A stretch of DNA of 64,000 nt from Patescibacteria group bacterium UBA5147 (lineage in GTDB: Bacteria > Patescibacteriota > Saccharimonadia > UBA4664): NCBI GenBank assembly GCA_002415345.1, contig DHXV01000002.1, positions 76,155-140,154 of the forward strand, written 5' to 3'. The position numbers were made by a program, and so were the translations under genes. The first letter of the stretch is position 1. Each line of letters starts with the position of its first letter. Under the pieces are notes generated by a model that was given only the letters and a program-made list of their open reading frames with translations, was not told the DNA's origin and ran no database searches. Shown piece after piece: positions 22,739 through 32,930 of the stretch.

Positions 22739-23278
22739 ATGAGCCGAATTGGACGAAAACCAATTACTGTTCCTGCCGGAGTTACGGTTGGACAGAATGA
22801 CCGTCACATAACAGTGACCGGTCCCAAAGGAACGCTTGAGCTAGAGCTCATGCCCGACCTTAAGCTTGAGCAGGAGAACGGTGTTCTCACGCTTTCGCGA
22901 GTCGTCGAGACTCCTGAGACGCAGCGCACGTTCGGCCTGATGCGGACCCTGATCGCCAACATGGTTTCGGGTGTGTCCGAAGGTTTTACGCGTCAGCTCG
23001 AAATCAACGGTGTCGGTTTCCGCGCCGCTGTTGCTGGCAACATGATAACTTTTGCCCTGGGTTTCTCCCACCCTATCCTGTTTGAACTGCCAGAGGGCGT
23101 CGAGGCCAAGATTGAGCGCAACCTCATTACCGTCAGCGGTTTTGACAAGCAGGCTGTCGGACAGGTGGCCGCCAACATTCGAGCGCTCAAGAAGCCGGAG
23201 CCATACAAGGGCAAAGGTATTAAATATGTAGAAGAGCGGATCCGCCGTAAGGCTGGTAAGACCGCGGCGAAGGGATAA
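22739..23278 (+). CDS. rplF: 50S ribosomal protein L6
   Basis: 179 aa; SRIGRKPITVPAGV is typical L6. Confidence 0.95.
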   Translation: MSRIGRKPITVPAGVTVGQNDRHITVTGPKGTLELELMPDLKLEQENGVLTLSRVVETPETQRTFGLMRTLIANMVSGVSEGFTRQLEINGVGFRAAVAGNMITFALGFSHPILFELPEGVEAKIERNLITVSGFDKQAVGQVAANIRALKKPEPYKGKGIKYVEERIRRKAGKTAAKG

Positions 23279-23282
23279 GATC

Positions 23283-23627
23283 ATGGCAAATATACACTCA
23301 CAACTCATGCGTCGCCGTGCTCGCGTTCGCAGCAAGGTTTCCGGTACCGTGGAACGTCCACGTCTGTCGGTTAAGATCACGCTGCTTAACGTTACTGCCC
23401 AAATCATCAACGATGTTACCGGTACTACTCTCGCTTACGCCACTACGGCCGGTCAGGACGTCAAAGGGACGATGACCGACAAGGCCGTTTGGGTCGGCAA
23501 GAAAATCGGTTCAGAAGGCAAAGCCAAGAAGATCACGAAAGTCGTCTTCGACCGCAACGGCCGCATTTACCACGGACGGCTTCACGCCTTAGCGGAAGCC
23601 GCACGTCAAGCAGGATTGGAGTTTTAA
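23283..23627 (+). CDS. rplR: 50S ribosomal protein L18
   Basis: 114 aa; RPRLSV...FDRNGRIYHGR is typical L18. Confidence 0.93.
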   Translation: MANIHSQLMRRRARVRSKVSGTVERPRLSVKITLLNVTAQIINDVTGTTLAYATTAGQDVKGTMTDKAVWVGKKIGSEGKAKKITKVVFDRNGRIYHGRLHALAEAARQAGLEF

Positions 23628-23628
23628 G

Positions 23629-24126
23629 ATGGCTATTGAACAACAGCCCAAAGAGTTCGAAGAGAAGGTCATAGCCATCGACCGCGTTGCCCGTGTGGTA
23701 AAGGGCGGTCGCCGTTTCCGTTTCCGTGCCACCGTGGTTATCGGTGACGGTAAGGGCCGGGTCGGCGTCGGTGTCGGCAAGGGTGGCGAGGTTATGACCT
23801 CGATCGCCAAGGCCGTCTCACGAGCCAAGGCTCAGATGATTACCGTCCCGCTGCGCGACCACACTATCCCGCACGAAATCGAAGTCCGCTTCGCCGGTGC
23901 CCAGGTTCTGCTTAAGCCGGCTTCAGCCGGTACCGGCGTCATCGCCGGAGGTGCCGTGCGTAACGTCGTCGAGGCGGCCGGTATTCGTGACCTCTTGAGC
24001 AAGTCGCTCGGATCCAGTAATAAAGTAAACAACGCTTACGCCACAATCGCAGCCCTGTCCCAACTTAGGGCCGTGCCTGAGAAGAAGGCCAAGCCTGAAG
24101 CCAAACCTGAAAAAGTAACGGCGTAG
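23629..24126 (+). CDS. rpsE: 30S ribosomal protein S5
   Basis: 165 aa; VVKGGRRFRFRATVVIGDGKG is typical S5. Confidence 0.95.
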   Translation: MAIEQQPKEFEEKVIAIDRVARVVKGGRRFRFRATVVIGDGKGRVGVGVGKGGEVMTSIAKAVSRAKAQMITVPLRDHTIPHEIEVRFAGAQVLLKPASAGTGVIAGGAVRNVVEAAGIRDLLSKSLGSSNKVNNAYATIAALSQLRAVPEKKAKPEAKPEKVTA

Positions 24127-24136
24127 GAAAATAGTC

Positions 24137-24637
24137 ATGAAAATTCACGAATTACAACTTTCCGCCAGCAAAGACCGTAAGCGCGTCGGTCGCGGTATCG
24201 GCTCCGGTTACGGCAAGACGGCCGGCCGCGGTACCAAAGGTCAGAACTCCCGAACCGGTGGGGGCGTCCGCGTCGGTTTCGCCGGCGGACAGAACCCGCT
24301 CTCCAAACTGTTGCCAAAAAAGCGCGGTTTCCGCTCGCTCAACCCAACCCACTACCAGGTAGTCGCGGTTTCGTTGCTGAACGGCTTCAAGGACGGCGAC
24401 ACGGTCAATGCCAAGCACATGGCCGAAGTAGGCCTGGTTAAGAAGCACGATGCTCTCATAAAGCTGCTGGCCGGCGGCGAGGTCGAGCGCAAGCTCACCG
24501 TCCACGTCAACGCTGCCAGTGCCACGGCTATCGCAGCCATCGAGAAGGCCGGCGGCAGCGTCGTCATCACGCCGCTTCCGAAGACTCCTAAAAAAGCCAC
24601 CCGCCCTCAAATCACTGAGGCACCGAGCGCCGAATGA
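24137..24637 (+). CDS. rplO: 50S ribosomal protein L15
   Basis: 166 aa; KRVGRGIGSGYGKTAGRGTKGQ is typical L15. It follows rpsE after a 10-nt gap, leaving no room for rpmD (L30). Confidence 0.95.
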   Translation: MKIHELQLSASKDRKRVGRGIGSGYGKTAGRGTKGQNSRTGGGVRVGFAGGQNPLSKLLPKKRGFRSLNPTHYQVVAVSLLNGFKDGDTVNAKHMAEVGLVKKHDALIKLLAGGEVERKLTVHVNAASATAIAAIEKAGGSVVITPLPKTPKKATRPQITEAPSAE

Positions 24638-25947
24638 ATTTAGCGACGTTTCGCCAAGTCTTTCGTTCGCCTGACTTGCGCCGTCGTGTTCTCATGGTGG
24701 TGGCATTACTGATCGTATTCCGATTCCTGTCCCATGTCCCGGTCCCGGTTCCGGATAACGCGGCCTTGGCCAACTTCCTGAAGACCCTGTTTAACTCAAA
24801 CAAGGTTCTGGGCTTCGCCAACCTATTTTCCGGCGGCGCTCTGACCAACTTCTCCATCATCCTGATGGGAGTCGGTCCCTACATCAACGCCTCGATTATT
24901 ATTCAGCTCCTCACTCAGGTGATACCCAGCCTGGAATCCCTCAGCAAAGAGGGTGAGGCGGGACGGAAGAAAATCAACCAATATACCCGACTGTTGACCT
25001 TGCCGCTAGCCTTTCTTCAGTCGATCGGCATGGTCTTGCTGGTGCAGCAGAGTTCCAAGCAGATTACCGGACTGGACCTGATCGGAAAACCGAACCTGTT
25101 CCAGTGGGCCCTCATGACATTGACGATTACCGCCGGAACAATCCTGGTGATGTGGCTAGGCGAGCTGATTACCGAAAAAGGCGTTGGCAACGGTATATCA
25201 CTGATTATCTTCGCCGGAATCGTGGCTCAGCTGCCAAAGACGGCGGCGCAATTCCAGTCGCTGGTTAGCGGTGATACGGGCAAACTGTTTACGCTGTTCT
25301 TCTTCCTGGCGGCATCTTTACTGGTGGTTGCATTCATTGTCATCCTTAACGAGGGTCAACGAAACATCCCGGTTTCATACGCTAAGCGGACAAGAGGGGA
25401 TAGGGTTTACGCCGGCGTCGATACCCATTTGCCGCTCAGGGTCATCACGGCCGGTGTAATCCCGATAATCTTCGCTCTGGCCTTCCTGTCTATACCAGGC
25501 ATCGTCGGACAGCTCCTGCAGAGCGCTAAGACGCCGTGGGTGGCCAGCGCCGCTCGTAGCCTGACGACGATATTCTCGTCATCCGGGCCGACCTATGCCA
25601 TAGCGTATTTCCTGCTGGTTGTCGGTTTCACCTTCTTCTACACCTCGGTGGTGTTCAAGCCCGATGAGATCGCTGAGAACCTGCAGAAACAAGGGGGCTT
25701 CGTGCCGGGTATCAGGCCGGGCAATCAGACCGCTGCCTACCTGAAGCGCGTGATCAACCGGATTACGCTTGCCGGTGCGCTTGGGCTTGGCTTGATCGCA
25801 GTGCTGCCGTTTATCGTTCAGGGGTTCACTAAGAGCCAGGTACTTACGTTCGGCGGTACGGGAATTTTGATCGTCGTCAGCGTAGCGATCGAAACCATGA
25901 AACAGCTTGAGGCTCAGGCGGTTACCACCTCCTATGAGCAGTATTAA
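24634..25947 (+). CDS. secY: Preprotein translocase subunit SecY
   Basis: 437 aa; ~10 TM helices; SecY signature GVGPYINASIIIQLL. Confidence 0.95.
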   Translation: MNLATFRQVFRSPDLRRRVLMVVALLIVFRFLSHVPVPVPDNAALANFLKTLFNSNKVLGFANLFSGGALTNFSIILMGVGPYINASIIIQLLTQVIPSLESLSKEGEAGRKKINQYTRLLTLPLAFLQSIGMVLLVQQSSKQITGLDLIGKPNLFQWALMTLTITAGTILVMWLGELITEKGVGNGISLIIFAGIVAQLPKTAAQFQSLVSGDTGKLFTLFFFLAASLLVVAFIVILNEGQRNIPVSYAKRTRGDRVYAGVDTHLPLRVITAGVIPIIFALAFLSIPGIVGQLLQSAKTPWVASAARSLTTIFSSSGPTYAIAYFLLVVGFTFFYTSVVFKPDEIAENLQKQGGFVPGIRPGNQTAAYLKRVINRITLAGALGLGLIAVLPFIVQGFTKSQVLTFGGTGILIVVSVAIETMKQLEAQAVTTSYEQY

Positions 25948-26029
25948 CCATAAGGAAGTCTCGATAAGGTAGAATAGGCCTTTACAAGGGCCGACTAACT
26001 ATCTATAATCGACAATTGTAGTCATAGAC

Positions 26030-26263
26030 ATGTCAGAATCAAACAAAGTCACAAAGGAAGTAATCGAGTTCGAAGGCACTGTCATCGAAACTCTGCCCAA
26101 CGCCTTGTTCAAAGTGGAGCTGGCGAACGGGCATGTCGTGTTGGCTCATATATCTGGCAAGATGCGGATGCACTACATCCGAATCATCCCAGGTGACCGT
26201 GTCACTCTTGAGATGACACCGTATGACCTGTCCAAGGGTCGTATCACCTACCGGCACAAGTAA
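26030..26263 (+). CDS. infA: Translation initiation factor IF-1
   Basis: 77 aa; S1-like domain; [17 protein letters not shown] is typical. Confidence 0.95.
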   Translation: MSESNKVTKEVIEFEGTVIETLPNALFKVELANGHVVLAHISGKMRMHYIRIIPGDRVTLEMTPYDLSKGRITYRHK

Positions 26264-26289
26264 CTAATTATTTAACGAGGACAGTAGCC

Positions 26290-26406
26290 GTGAAAGTACG
26301 CGCAAGCGTTAAGAAAATGTGCGAATCTTGCAAAGTCGTGCGTCGCGAAGGCGTCGTGCGGGTTATCTGCTCGGCTAAGCCTCGTCATAAACAGAGGCAG
26401 GGTTAA
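26290..26406 (+). CDS. rpmJ: 50S ribosomal protein L36
   Basis: GTG start; 38 aa [38 protein letters not shown] with a C4-type zinc site. Below the ORF-track size cutoff. Confidence 0.9.
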   Translation: MKVRASVKKMCESCKVVRREGVVRVICSAKPRHKQRQG

Positions 26407-26793
26407 ATGGCACGTATAGCAGGTGTTAACATTCCGGATGCCAAGCGCGTCGAAATTGCCCTTACCTACGTATTTGGTATCGGCAATACCACCAGCCGCA
26501 AGATTCTTGAGGCAACTGGTGTCGACCCGAACACCCGGGTCAAGGACTTGAGCGAGGCTGATACTTCCAAGCTTCGTGAACATATCGACAAGAACCTTCA
26601 GGTTGAAGGGGATCTCCAACGCCAGGTTGCGCTTAACATCGCCCGGCTCAAGGAAATAAACTCGTATCGTGGTCTCCGCCACAAGGCCAACCTCCCGGTT
26701 CATGGCCAGCGTACCAAGACCAACGCCCGCACCAAGCGCGGCCGGAAGATAACGATGGGAAGCGGCCGTAAGAAATCCGCAGCTAAGACTTAA
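26407..26793 (+). CDS. rpsM: 30S ribosomal protein S13
   Basis: 128 aa; [26 protein letters not shown] is typical S13. Confidence 0.96.
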   Translation: MARIAGVNIPDAKRVEIALTYVFGIGNTTSRKILEATGVDPNTRVKDLSEADTSKLREHIDKNLQVEGDLQRQVALNIARLKEINSYRGLRHKANLPVHGQRTKTNARTKRGRKITMGSGRKKSAAKT

Positions 26794-26802
26794 GGACAGA
26801 AT

Positions 26803-27207
26803 ATGGCAAAGACACCTACTAAATCCACAACCGCTGCCCGACGTCGCAAGATCAAGCGTACGGTCGCGACCGGGCAGATGCACGTTCAGGCAACGTTCAA
26901 CAATACTATAATCTCGTTCACTGATGAACGCGGCAACCTGTTGTCGTGGTCCAGTGCAGGGTCAGCCGGGTTCAAGGGCTCTCGCAAGAGCACTCCCTTT
27001 GCCGCCCAGACTGCCGCAGAAAAGGCTGCTACGATCGCCAAAGACTTCGGTCTTAGCCGAGTAGACGTCTTTGTGCGCGGCGTCGGCAGCGGTCGGGAGT
27101 CAGCTATTCGCGCCCTCATCACGGCCGGCATCGCTGTTTCGAGCATCAAGGACGTCACGGGCATTCCCCACAATGGCTGCCGTCCGCGAAAGGCACGGAG
27201 AGTCTAA
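26803..27207 (+). CDS. rpsK: 30S ribosomal protein S11
   Basis: 134 aa; typical S11 core. Confidence 0.95.
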   Translation: MAKTPTKSTTAARRRKIKRTVATGQMHVQATFNNTIISFTDERGNLLSWSSAGSAGFKGSRKSTPFAAQTAAEKAATIAKDFGLSRVDVFVRGVGSGRESAIRALITAGIAVSSIKDVTGIPHNGCRPRKARRV

Positions 27208-27824
27208 TGGCACGTAACCTTACTCCAATCGTCAAATTGTCCCGCCGCGAGAAGACTCCGCTGCACCCCAAGGCCATCAAGGCCATGGTCAAGCGTCCGT
27301 ACGGCCCCGGCCAGCACGGTCCGTCGGCCGGCCGCCAGAAGCTGAGCCAGTATGCTATCCAACTGCGTGAAAAGCAGAAAGTTAAGCGTATGTACGGCCT
27401 GCTCGAGAAGCAGTTCGTCCGCGTTATCAAAGAAGCTGAGCGCCGCCAGGGCGTCAGCGGTGAAATCATGGTCCAACTGCTCGAGCAGCGTCTGGATAAC
27501 GCCGTATACCGTCTGGGATTGGCTCCATCACGCCAGGCCGCCCGTCAGGTGGTTACCCATGGCCACGTCATGCTCAACGGACGTCGCGTCGACATCCCGT
27601 CAATCCTGCTCAAGGCTGGCGATGAATTCAGTGTCCGTCCGAAAAGCGCCAGCAACAACTACTTCAAGGCTGTTTCTGCCGAGCTTAAAGGCAACGTTCC
27701 ATCGGTCCGTTGGCTGAGTCTGGATGCTGATAAACTTTCCGCTAAGGTCACCGGCCTCCCTGCCCGTGAAGACGTTAACGAAGAGATCCACGAACAACTA
27801 ATAATTGAATTTTACTCAAGGTAA
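27207..27824 (+). CDS. rpsD: 30S ribosomal protein S4
   Basis: 205 aa; S4 domain (YRLGLAPSRQAARQVVTHGHVMLNGRRVDIPS). Confidence 0.95.
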   Translation: MARNLTPIVKLSRREKTPLHPKAIKAMVKRPYGPGQHGPSAGRQKLSQYAIQLREKQKVKRMYGLLEKQFVRVIKEAERRQGVSGEIMVQLLEQRLDNAVYRLGLAPSRQAARQVVTHGHVMLNGRRVDIPSILLKAGDEFSVRPKSASNNYFKAVSAELKGNVPSVRWLSLDADKLSAKVTGLPAREDVNEEIHEQLIIEFYSR

Positions 27825-27839
27825 GGAAAGGACGATACC

Positions 27840-28784
27840 GTGTTATACCCGATTCAACTTCCAGAGCTCAAGACCGTCAATGAAGACGGCAATAAAGCCA
27901 CATTTGCGATCGAGCCGCTTCACTCCGGTTACGGCATGACTTTGGGCAACTCGCTTCGCCGAGTTATCCTCTCCAGCCTGAGCGGCGCCGCCGTTACGGC
28001 CGTCAAGATTGACACCGTCGCGCATGAATTCTCAACCATCGCCGGTGTCAAAGAAGACGTCGTCGAGATCATCCTTAACCTCAAGCGCCTGCGGTTTAGA
28101 GTTTATTCCGAGGAGCCTCAGTACCTTATGTTGACCGCCTCCGGTCAGGGTGAAGTAACCGCCGCTTCCATCAAAACGACCTCCGATGTCGAAATCGTCA
28201 ATCCGGAGCAAATCATTGCGACCCTGGATACCGCCAAGACCAAGATCGGTATGGAAATCAAAGTCGAGAAGGGCCGTGGATACGTCCCGGTCGAGAGCCG
28301 AGAGGCTGAGAAGCTCGAAGTCGGTATGATTGCCGTCGATGCCCTGTATTCACCCGTTCAGCGCGTTCGCTACAACGTTGAGAACACCCGCGTCGGTCAG
28401 ATGACGGACCTCGACCGTCTGATTATGGAAATCGAGACTGACGGCACAATTACTCCTCAGGACGCTATCCGCCAGGCGGCCGAGCTCCTGGTTGAGCACT
28501 TCCACGTTATCGCCGGCAACCCGGTTGGTGCCGTCGCCGCCGTCGCCGCTGCCGAAGAGCGCACCGAGACTGGCGCGTCTAAGATCAGTATTGAAGAAAT
28601 CAACTTAACTCCCCGCACCACCAACGCCCTCATCAACAATGAGATCAAGAGTGTTAAAGACCTGCTGAAGCTGAGCGACCAAGAACTCCGCGAGCTTAAA
28701 GGCTTCGGTTCCAAGGCTTACGAAGAGGTCAAGGACAAGATTGCTGAGCTCGGGTTCGCTTCAGCGGAGAAGGTAGGCTCGTAA
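27840..28784 (+). CDS. rpoA: DNA-directed RNA polymerase subunit alpha
   Basis: GTG start; 314 aa; N-terminal dimerisation domain plus C-terminal domain (ELRELKGFGSKAYEEV). Confidence 0.95.
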   Translation: MLYPIQLPELKTVNEDGNKATFAIEPLHSGYGMTLGNSLRRVILSSLSGAAVTAVKIDTVAHEFSTIAGVKEDVVEIILNLKRLRFRVYSEEPQYLMLTASGQGEVTAASIKTTSDVEIVNPEQIIATLDTAKTKIGMEIKVEKGRGYVPVESREAEKLEVGMIAVDALYSPVQRVRYNVENTRVGQMTDLDRLIMEIETDGTITPQDAIRQAAELLVEHFHVIAGNPVGAVAAVAAAEERTETGASKISIEEINLTPRTTNALINNEIKSVKDLLKLSDQELRELKGFGSKAYEEVKDKIAELGFASAEKVGS

Positions 28785-29242
28785 TGCATCGCCACGGATA
28801 TCAGGGGCGCAAGCTCCAACTCGCAGCCGGCCCGCGCCGCGCTCTCATACGCGGTCAGCTGACGTCGCTTGTGCTGCACGAAGCCATCACGACAACCGAA
28901 GCCAAGGCCAAGGAAATGGCCCCACGTTTTGAGCGTCTGGTAACGCACGCCAAGAAGGGCACACTGGCTGGCGGACGGATGTTGCGTAAGGATCTGCTCA
29001 CCGAAAACGCCACCCAAAAAATGCTGCTTGAACTGGCTCCGGCCTTTGCCGAGCGCCAGGGCGGCTACACCCGAATCATCAAGCTCGAGAATCGCCGCGG
29101 TGACAACGCTCCGATGGCCCGCCTGTCGCTCGTTCTTGACGACGTCAAGACGCCTGCCGAGGCTCCCAAGAAGGCTGTCAAGGCCGCTAAGCCCGAGGTG
29201 TTGACTGCCGAAGTTAAGGAAACCGCCGAGGTAACAGCATGA
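28784..29242 (+). CDS. rplQ: 50S ribosomal protein L17
   Basis: 152 aa; MHRHGYQGRKL...; C-terminal Ala/Lys-rich tail. Confidence 0.93.
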   Translation: MHRHGYQGRKLQLAAGPRRALIRGQLTSLVLHEAITTTEAKAKEMAPRFERLVTHAKKGTLAGGRMLRKDLLTENATQKMLLELAPAFAERQGGYTRIIKLENRRGDNAPMARLSLVLDDVKTPAEAPKKAVKAAKPEVLTAEVKETAEVTA

Positions 29243-29676
29243 TAAAAACCTATTCGCCTAAACCATCTGAAATTACCCATGACTGGTACGTCATCGACGC
29301 CACCGATCAGGCGTTGGGTCGTCTGTCGACTCAGGCCGCAACCTATCTGATGGGCAAGCACAAGCCGCAATTCAGCGGGCACATTGATTGCGGTGACAAC
29401 ATCGTCATCATCAATGCCAGCAAGATCCGTCTGACGGGCAACAAGCTTGAAGACAAGAAGTACTACCGTCACTCGGGTTACCCGGGCGGTATCAAGGAGA
29501 CCAGCGCGGCCGACCTCATTGAGCGCAACCCGGCTCGTATCCTTGAGACCGCTATCGCCGGCATGCTGCCCAAGAACAAGCTGCGCGATGACCGTCTCTA
29601 CCGTCTTAAAGTTTATCCAACGGCCGAGCATCCACACGGTCCTCAGTCGCCTAAGCCTCTTCAGGAGAATAAATAA
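29239..29676 (+). CDS. rplM: 50S ribosomal protein L13
   Basis: 145 aa; typical L13 (DWYVIDA...GRLS). Confidence 0.95.
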   Translation: MIKTYSPKPSEITHDWYVIDATDQALGRLSTQAATYLMGKHKPQFSGHIDCGDNIVIINASKIRLTGNKLEDKKYYRHSGYPGGIKETSAADLIERNPARILETAIAGMLPKNKLRDDRLYRLKVYPTAEHPHGPQSPKPLQENK

Positions 29677-30077
29677 TGGCTGAAATCAAAGATCACTATC
29701 ATTACGCACGCGGCCGCCGCAAGGAAGCCGTTGCAACCGTCCGTCTTTACCCTGGTAAGGGTGAGTTCATTGTCAACGACCAGCCGGCCGCAACTTACTT
29801 CAACAACGACGCCCTGATCGCCGTCGTCGAGCGTCCGGTGAAACTGACCGGTAACGACCAGAAGTTCAAAGTCAGCCTGCATGTTTCGGGCGGCGGCAAG
29901 CGCGGACAGGCCGATGCTGCCAGCCTGGCTATTGCCCGTGCCCTTAACGTCATGAGTGAAGACCTACGGCCGACGCTTAAGAAAGCTGGCATGCTGACCC
30001 GCGATCCTCGCGAAAAGGAACGCATGAAGCCAGGCCTGAAGAAGGCCCGCAAAGCCTCGCAGTTCTCGAAGCGTTAA
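29676..30077 (+). CDS. rpsI: 30S ribosomal protein S9
   Basis: 133 aa; C-terminal ...RKASQFSKR. Confidence 0.95.
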   Translation: MAEIKDHYHYARGRRKEAVATVRLYPGKGEFIVNDQPAATYFNNDALIAVVERPVKLTGNDQKFKVSLHVSGGGKRGQADAASLAIARALNVMSEDLRPTLKKAGMLTRDPREKERMKPGLKKARKASQFSKR

Positions 30078-30085
30078 TACTTCCA

Positions 30086-30116
30086 AAAAGCAGCCCTACG
30101 GGGCTTCTTTTTTGGT
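30086..30116 (+). terminator. Intrinsic terminator after rpsI
   Basis: CAGCCC-tacg-GGGCTT followed by CTTTTTTGG. Confidence 0.65.
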
Positions 30117-30152
30117 ATCGCGCGTACAGCATAAGCACGATATAATACGTAC

Positions 30153-31148
30153 ATGGATTCGCAGAAACATATTAGGGTATGGTGGTTGCTGGCGGTCGTC
30201 GTCCTGCTATTCGGAGCTGGTACGGTTGGTTTCAATGTTTTTGCCGGCCTGTCTTATTTGGATGCGTCGTATGAAACAGTCATCCTGCTGTTGACGCACT
30301 TCGACCATCATGGCTTTTCCGACGTCGGTTCTCGGACATTAGTAATAATAATGATTCTCTCAAGTTTCGGCTTGGTCGCTTATTTGCTTAAGTGGTTTGC
30401 CGAATATATGATGGGATTAAGCGACAACGTACGTCGCAGACGGGTAAAAGTGAAAGTCGATAAACTCAAAAATCATTATATTGTCTGCGGCCTTGGCCGC
30501 GTCGGTTATCAAGTTGCGCGGGAAATGCACAACGAGGGAGTGGCTTTCGTGGCGCTCGACCGCGATCCCGCCAAGGTTGAAGAAGCCTTGTCCGCCGGGT
30601 TCCTGGCGATGACACTCGACAGTTCCGACGAGGAAGCCCTCAAGGCTGCCGGTATCGACCGCGCGGCCGGCTTGGTGGCGGGACTCGGCGAGGATTCACT
30701 CAACCTGTTCATTGTCCTGGCGGCGCGGTCACTCAACCCCAACCTGCTGATTGTGGCGCGGGCCAACCGCTCCGAAAACGAAGTCAAACTCAAACGGGCC
30801 GGCGCCAACCGGGTGGCTCTGCCGTATCAGATCGGCGGCTACCACATGGCTTCTATGGCCCTGCGTCCCAACGTGGTTGATTACATGGATATCGTTTCGA
30901 GCAGAAACGGCACCGCCGACCTTGAAGTGGAAGAGATGGTCGTTAACGAGACTTCGCCCTTGTCCGGTCACCGGCTTGGCAAAATGTTGGCGGAAGGGGA
31001 AATCGGCGCCACGGTCATCGCCATTAACGGCGCGGACGGAACCAGCCGCGTCCGTCCGACCGGTAAGGAAATCATTTACCCGGGCGATCGACTTATTATA
31101 CTGGGATCGAAGCGGGACCTGACTGCCGCATCGGCAATGATCAGGTGA
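30153..31148 (+). CDS. RCK/TrkA-domain ion channel-like protein (2-3 TM + TrkA_N + TrkA_C)
   Basis: 331 aa; N-terminal TM helices; Rossmann motif IVCGLGRVGYQVAREM; C-terminal RCK_C-like segment. Confidence 0.65.
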   Translation: MDSQKHIRVWWLLAVVVLLFGAGTVGFNVFAGLSYLDASYETVILLLTHFDHHGFSDVGSRTLVIIMILSSFGLVAYLLKWFAEYMMGLSDNVRRRRVKVKVDKLKNHYIVCGLGRVGYQVAREMHNEGVAFVALDRDPAKVEEALSAGFLAMTLDSSDEEALKAAGIDRAAGLVAGLGEDSLNLFIVLAARSLNPNLLIVARANRSENEVKLKRAGANRVALPYQIGGYHMASMALRPNVVDYMDIVSSRNGTADLEVEEMVVNETSPLSGHRLGKMLAEGEIGATVIAINGADGTSRVRPTGKEIIYPGDRLIILGSKRDLTAASAMIR

Positions 31149-32035
31149 CCAGGGCTCTGACTGTTCCCCAAGGAGTCGCCCCCGGGCGGCTCGATGTGTA
31201 TTTGGCGGCCGAAACGGGTGAGCCGCGCAGCGCCTTGCAACGGCTCATTAAGGCCGACCTGGTATTGGTTAACGGCGTACCGGGGCGGGGCAGTTACAAA
31301 GTGGCCGTCGGCGATGTCATCGAGCTGCGGGATCCGCCGCCTCCCGAACCGGAGGCTTTTACTCTGAAACTGCCTGTCCTGTACCAGGACGACGACGTGG
31401 TAATCATTGATAAGCCGGCCGGGCTGTCGGTGCATCCGGGTAACGGCCGCCAGACCGAGGCGACCGTCGCGACGTTCGCCAAGACAGTCACAACCGACAT
31501 CGACGGCGACCGGCCCGGCATCGTGCACCGCTTGGACCGCGATACCTCCGGCGTGCTAATTATCGCCCGATCCACTAACGCTAAGACGTTTCTGCAGAAC
31601 GAGTGGCAAAGCCATCGGGTCGTCAAAACCTATCAACTGCTGACGATCGGCAGCGTACGGCCGTTGGAGGCAACAATCGACCTGCCGCTCAACCGCGATC
31701 CCTCGCGCCCGACACGCCGCCGTGTCATGGCGGGCGGCCGACCGTCGAAAACCCGCTATAAGGTACTGGAAGAGTATCCCGGGTTTTCTTTGGTAGAGGC
31801 ATCTCCTGAAACCGGCCGCACCCATCAGCTGCGAGTTCACTTTGCGGCCACCGGCCATCCCATCGCCGGCGATACGACCTATGGCACCCCCAAACGAGTG
31901 CTGGGACTGAAGCGCCAGTTCCTCCATGCCTCGCGCCTGAGCATTGTCGTTCCCAGCGGTAAGACCGTCACCGTGGAGAGCCCGTTGCCGCCGGATCTCA
32001 AAGAAGTTATCGATAAGCTGTATCTCAGCATATAA
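31145..32035 (+). CDS. RluA-family 23S rRNA pseudouridine synthase (RluD-like) with N-terminal S4 domain
   Basis: GTG start overlapping the upstream stop; catalytic motif HRLDRDTSGVLI. Confidence 0.8.
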   Translation: MTRALTVPQGVAPGRLDVYLAAETGEPRSALQRLIKADLVLVNGVPGRGSYKVAVGDVIELRDPPPPEPEAFTLKLPVLYQDDDVVIIDKPAGLSVHPGNGRQTEATVATFAKTVTTDIDGDRPGIVHRLDRDTSGVLIIARSTNAKTFLQNEWQSHRVVKTYQLLTIGSVRPLEATIDLPLNRDPSRPTRRRVMAGGRPSKTRYKVLEEYPGFSLVEASPETGRTHQLRVHFAATGHPIAGDTTYGTPKRVLGLKRQFLHASRLSIVVPSGKTVTVESPLPPDLKEVIDKLYLSI

Positions 32036-32042
32036 TATAGCT

Positions 32043-32930
32043 ATGAGCCTACTCCTTCACTCCCATACCGTCCGCCAACTGGGTGAGATTGTGAACGGGA
32101 CTTTGATGCACGGCTACGTCTTCCATGGCCCGGCCGGTATAGGGAAAGCCACGGCAGCACGTGATTTGTCCAAGCGTTTGAACTGCCGGCAGGGCGGCAA
32201 TGACGCCTGCATTATCTGTCGCCAAATCGACTCCGGATCTTATCCCAACGTTATAGTGGTCCGACCGCAGGACAAACCGAGTATCGGCATCGACCAGATA
32301 CGCGATCTTGGTCAAATGTTATCGCTGCAACCGTATGTTAAGTCCGGCCGGCGGGTCGTGATCATTGATGAGGCCCAGGCAATGACGCGGGAGGCACAAA
32401 ACGCCCTGCTGAAGTTCATCGAGGAGCCGCCGCCGGCGACGTTGCTCATCCTGATTTCACCGACCCTCCAAACGCTGCTGCCAACGGTAACCTCGCGGCT
32501 TGGGGCAGTGTATTTCCAGCCGCTGGATGAAACGGCCGTGGCGGCCTGGCTCATGGCCGACCGCAACGCCAGCAGCCTGGACTCAACCACGGCCGCAGCA
32601 CGGTCGGGCGGACGTCCTGGACTGGCCGTAACGCTGCTTGGGGCTGGGGGCTCGGCCGTAGAGTCCGCCGTGTCGGCCGCCGCCAAGCTCACCCACGGAA
32701 CACTCTTTGCTCGGCTGGTGGAAGCTGCCAGGATCGCCGCCGCCAAGGAGGACGCCAGTGCGGTAGCAGACGCCCTGCACGCTGCGGCTGCCGAAAACCT
32801 TAAGAATGACACTATGCCGCCGGCAGCCGCCGGCCGGATGATGGAGGCCGCCGAACGGATGAAGCGCTATCTCGGCTCAAATGTAACGCCTCGCTCCGCC
32901 TTGGAGCGGTTCGTATTGGAGGTCGTATGA
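32043..32930 (+). CDS. holB: DNA polymerase III subunit delta'
   Basis: Start at the internal ATG 32043 of ORF 31944 (the upstream part overlaps rluD); GPAGIGKATAA...CxxC motif is typical HolB. Confidence 0.8.
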   Translation: MSLLLHSHTVRQLGEIVNGTLMHGYVFHGPAGIGKATAARDLSKRLNCRQGGNDACIICRQIDSGSYPNVIVVRPQDKPSIGIDQIRDLGQMLSLQPYVKSGRRVVIIDEAQAMTREAQNALLKFIEEPPPATLLILISPTLQTLLPTVTSRLGAVYFQPLDETAVAAWLMADRNASSLDSTTAAARSGGRPGLAVTLLGAGGSAVESAVSAAAKLTHGTLFARLVEAARIAAAKEDASAVADALHAAAAENLKNDTMPPAAAGRMMEAAERMKRYLGSNVTPRSALERFVLEVV

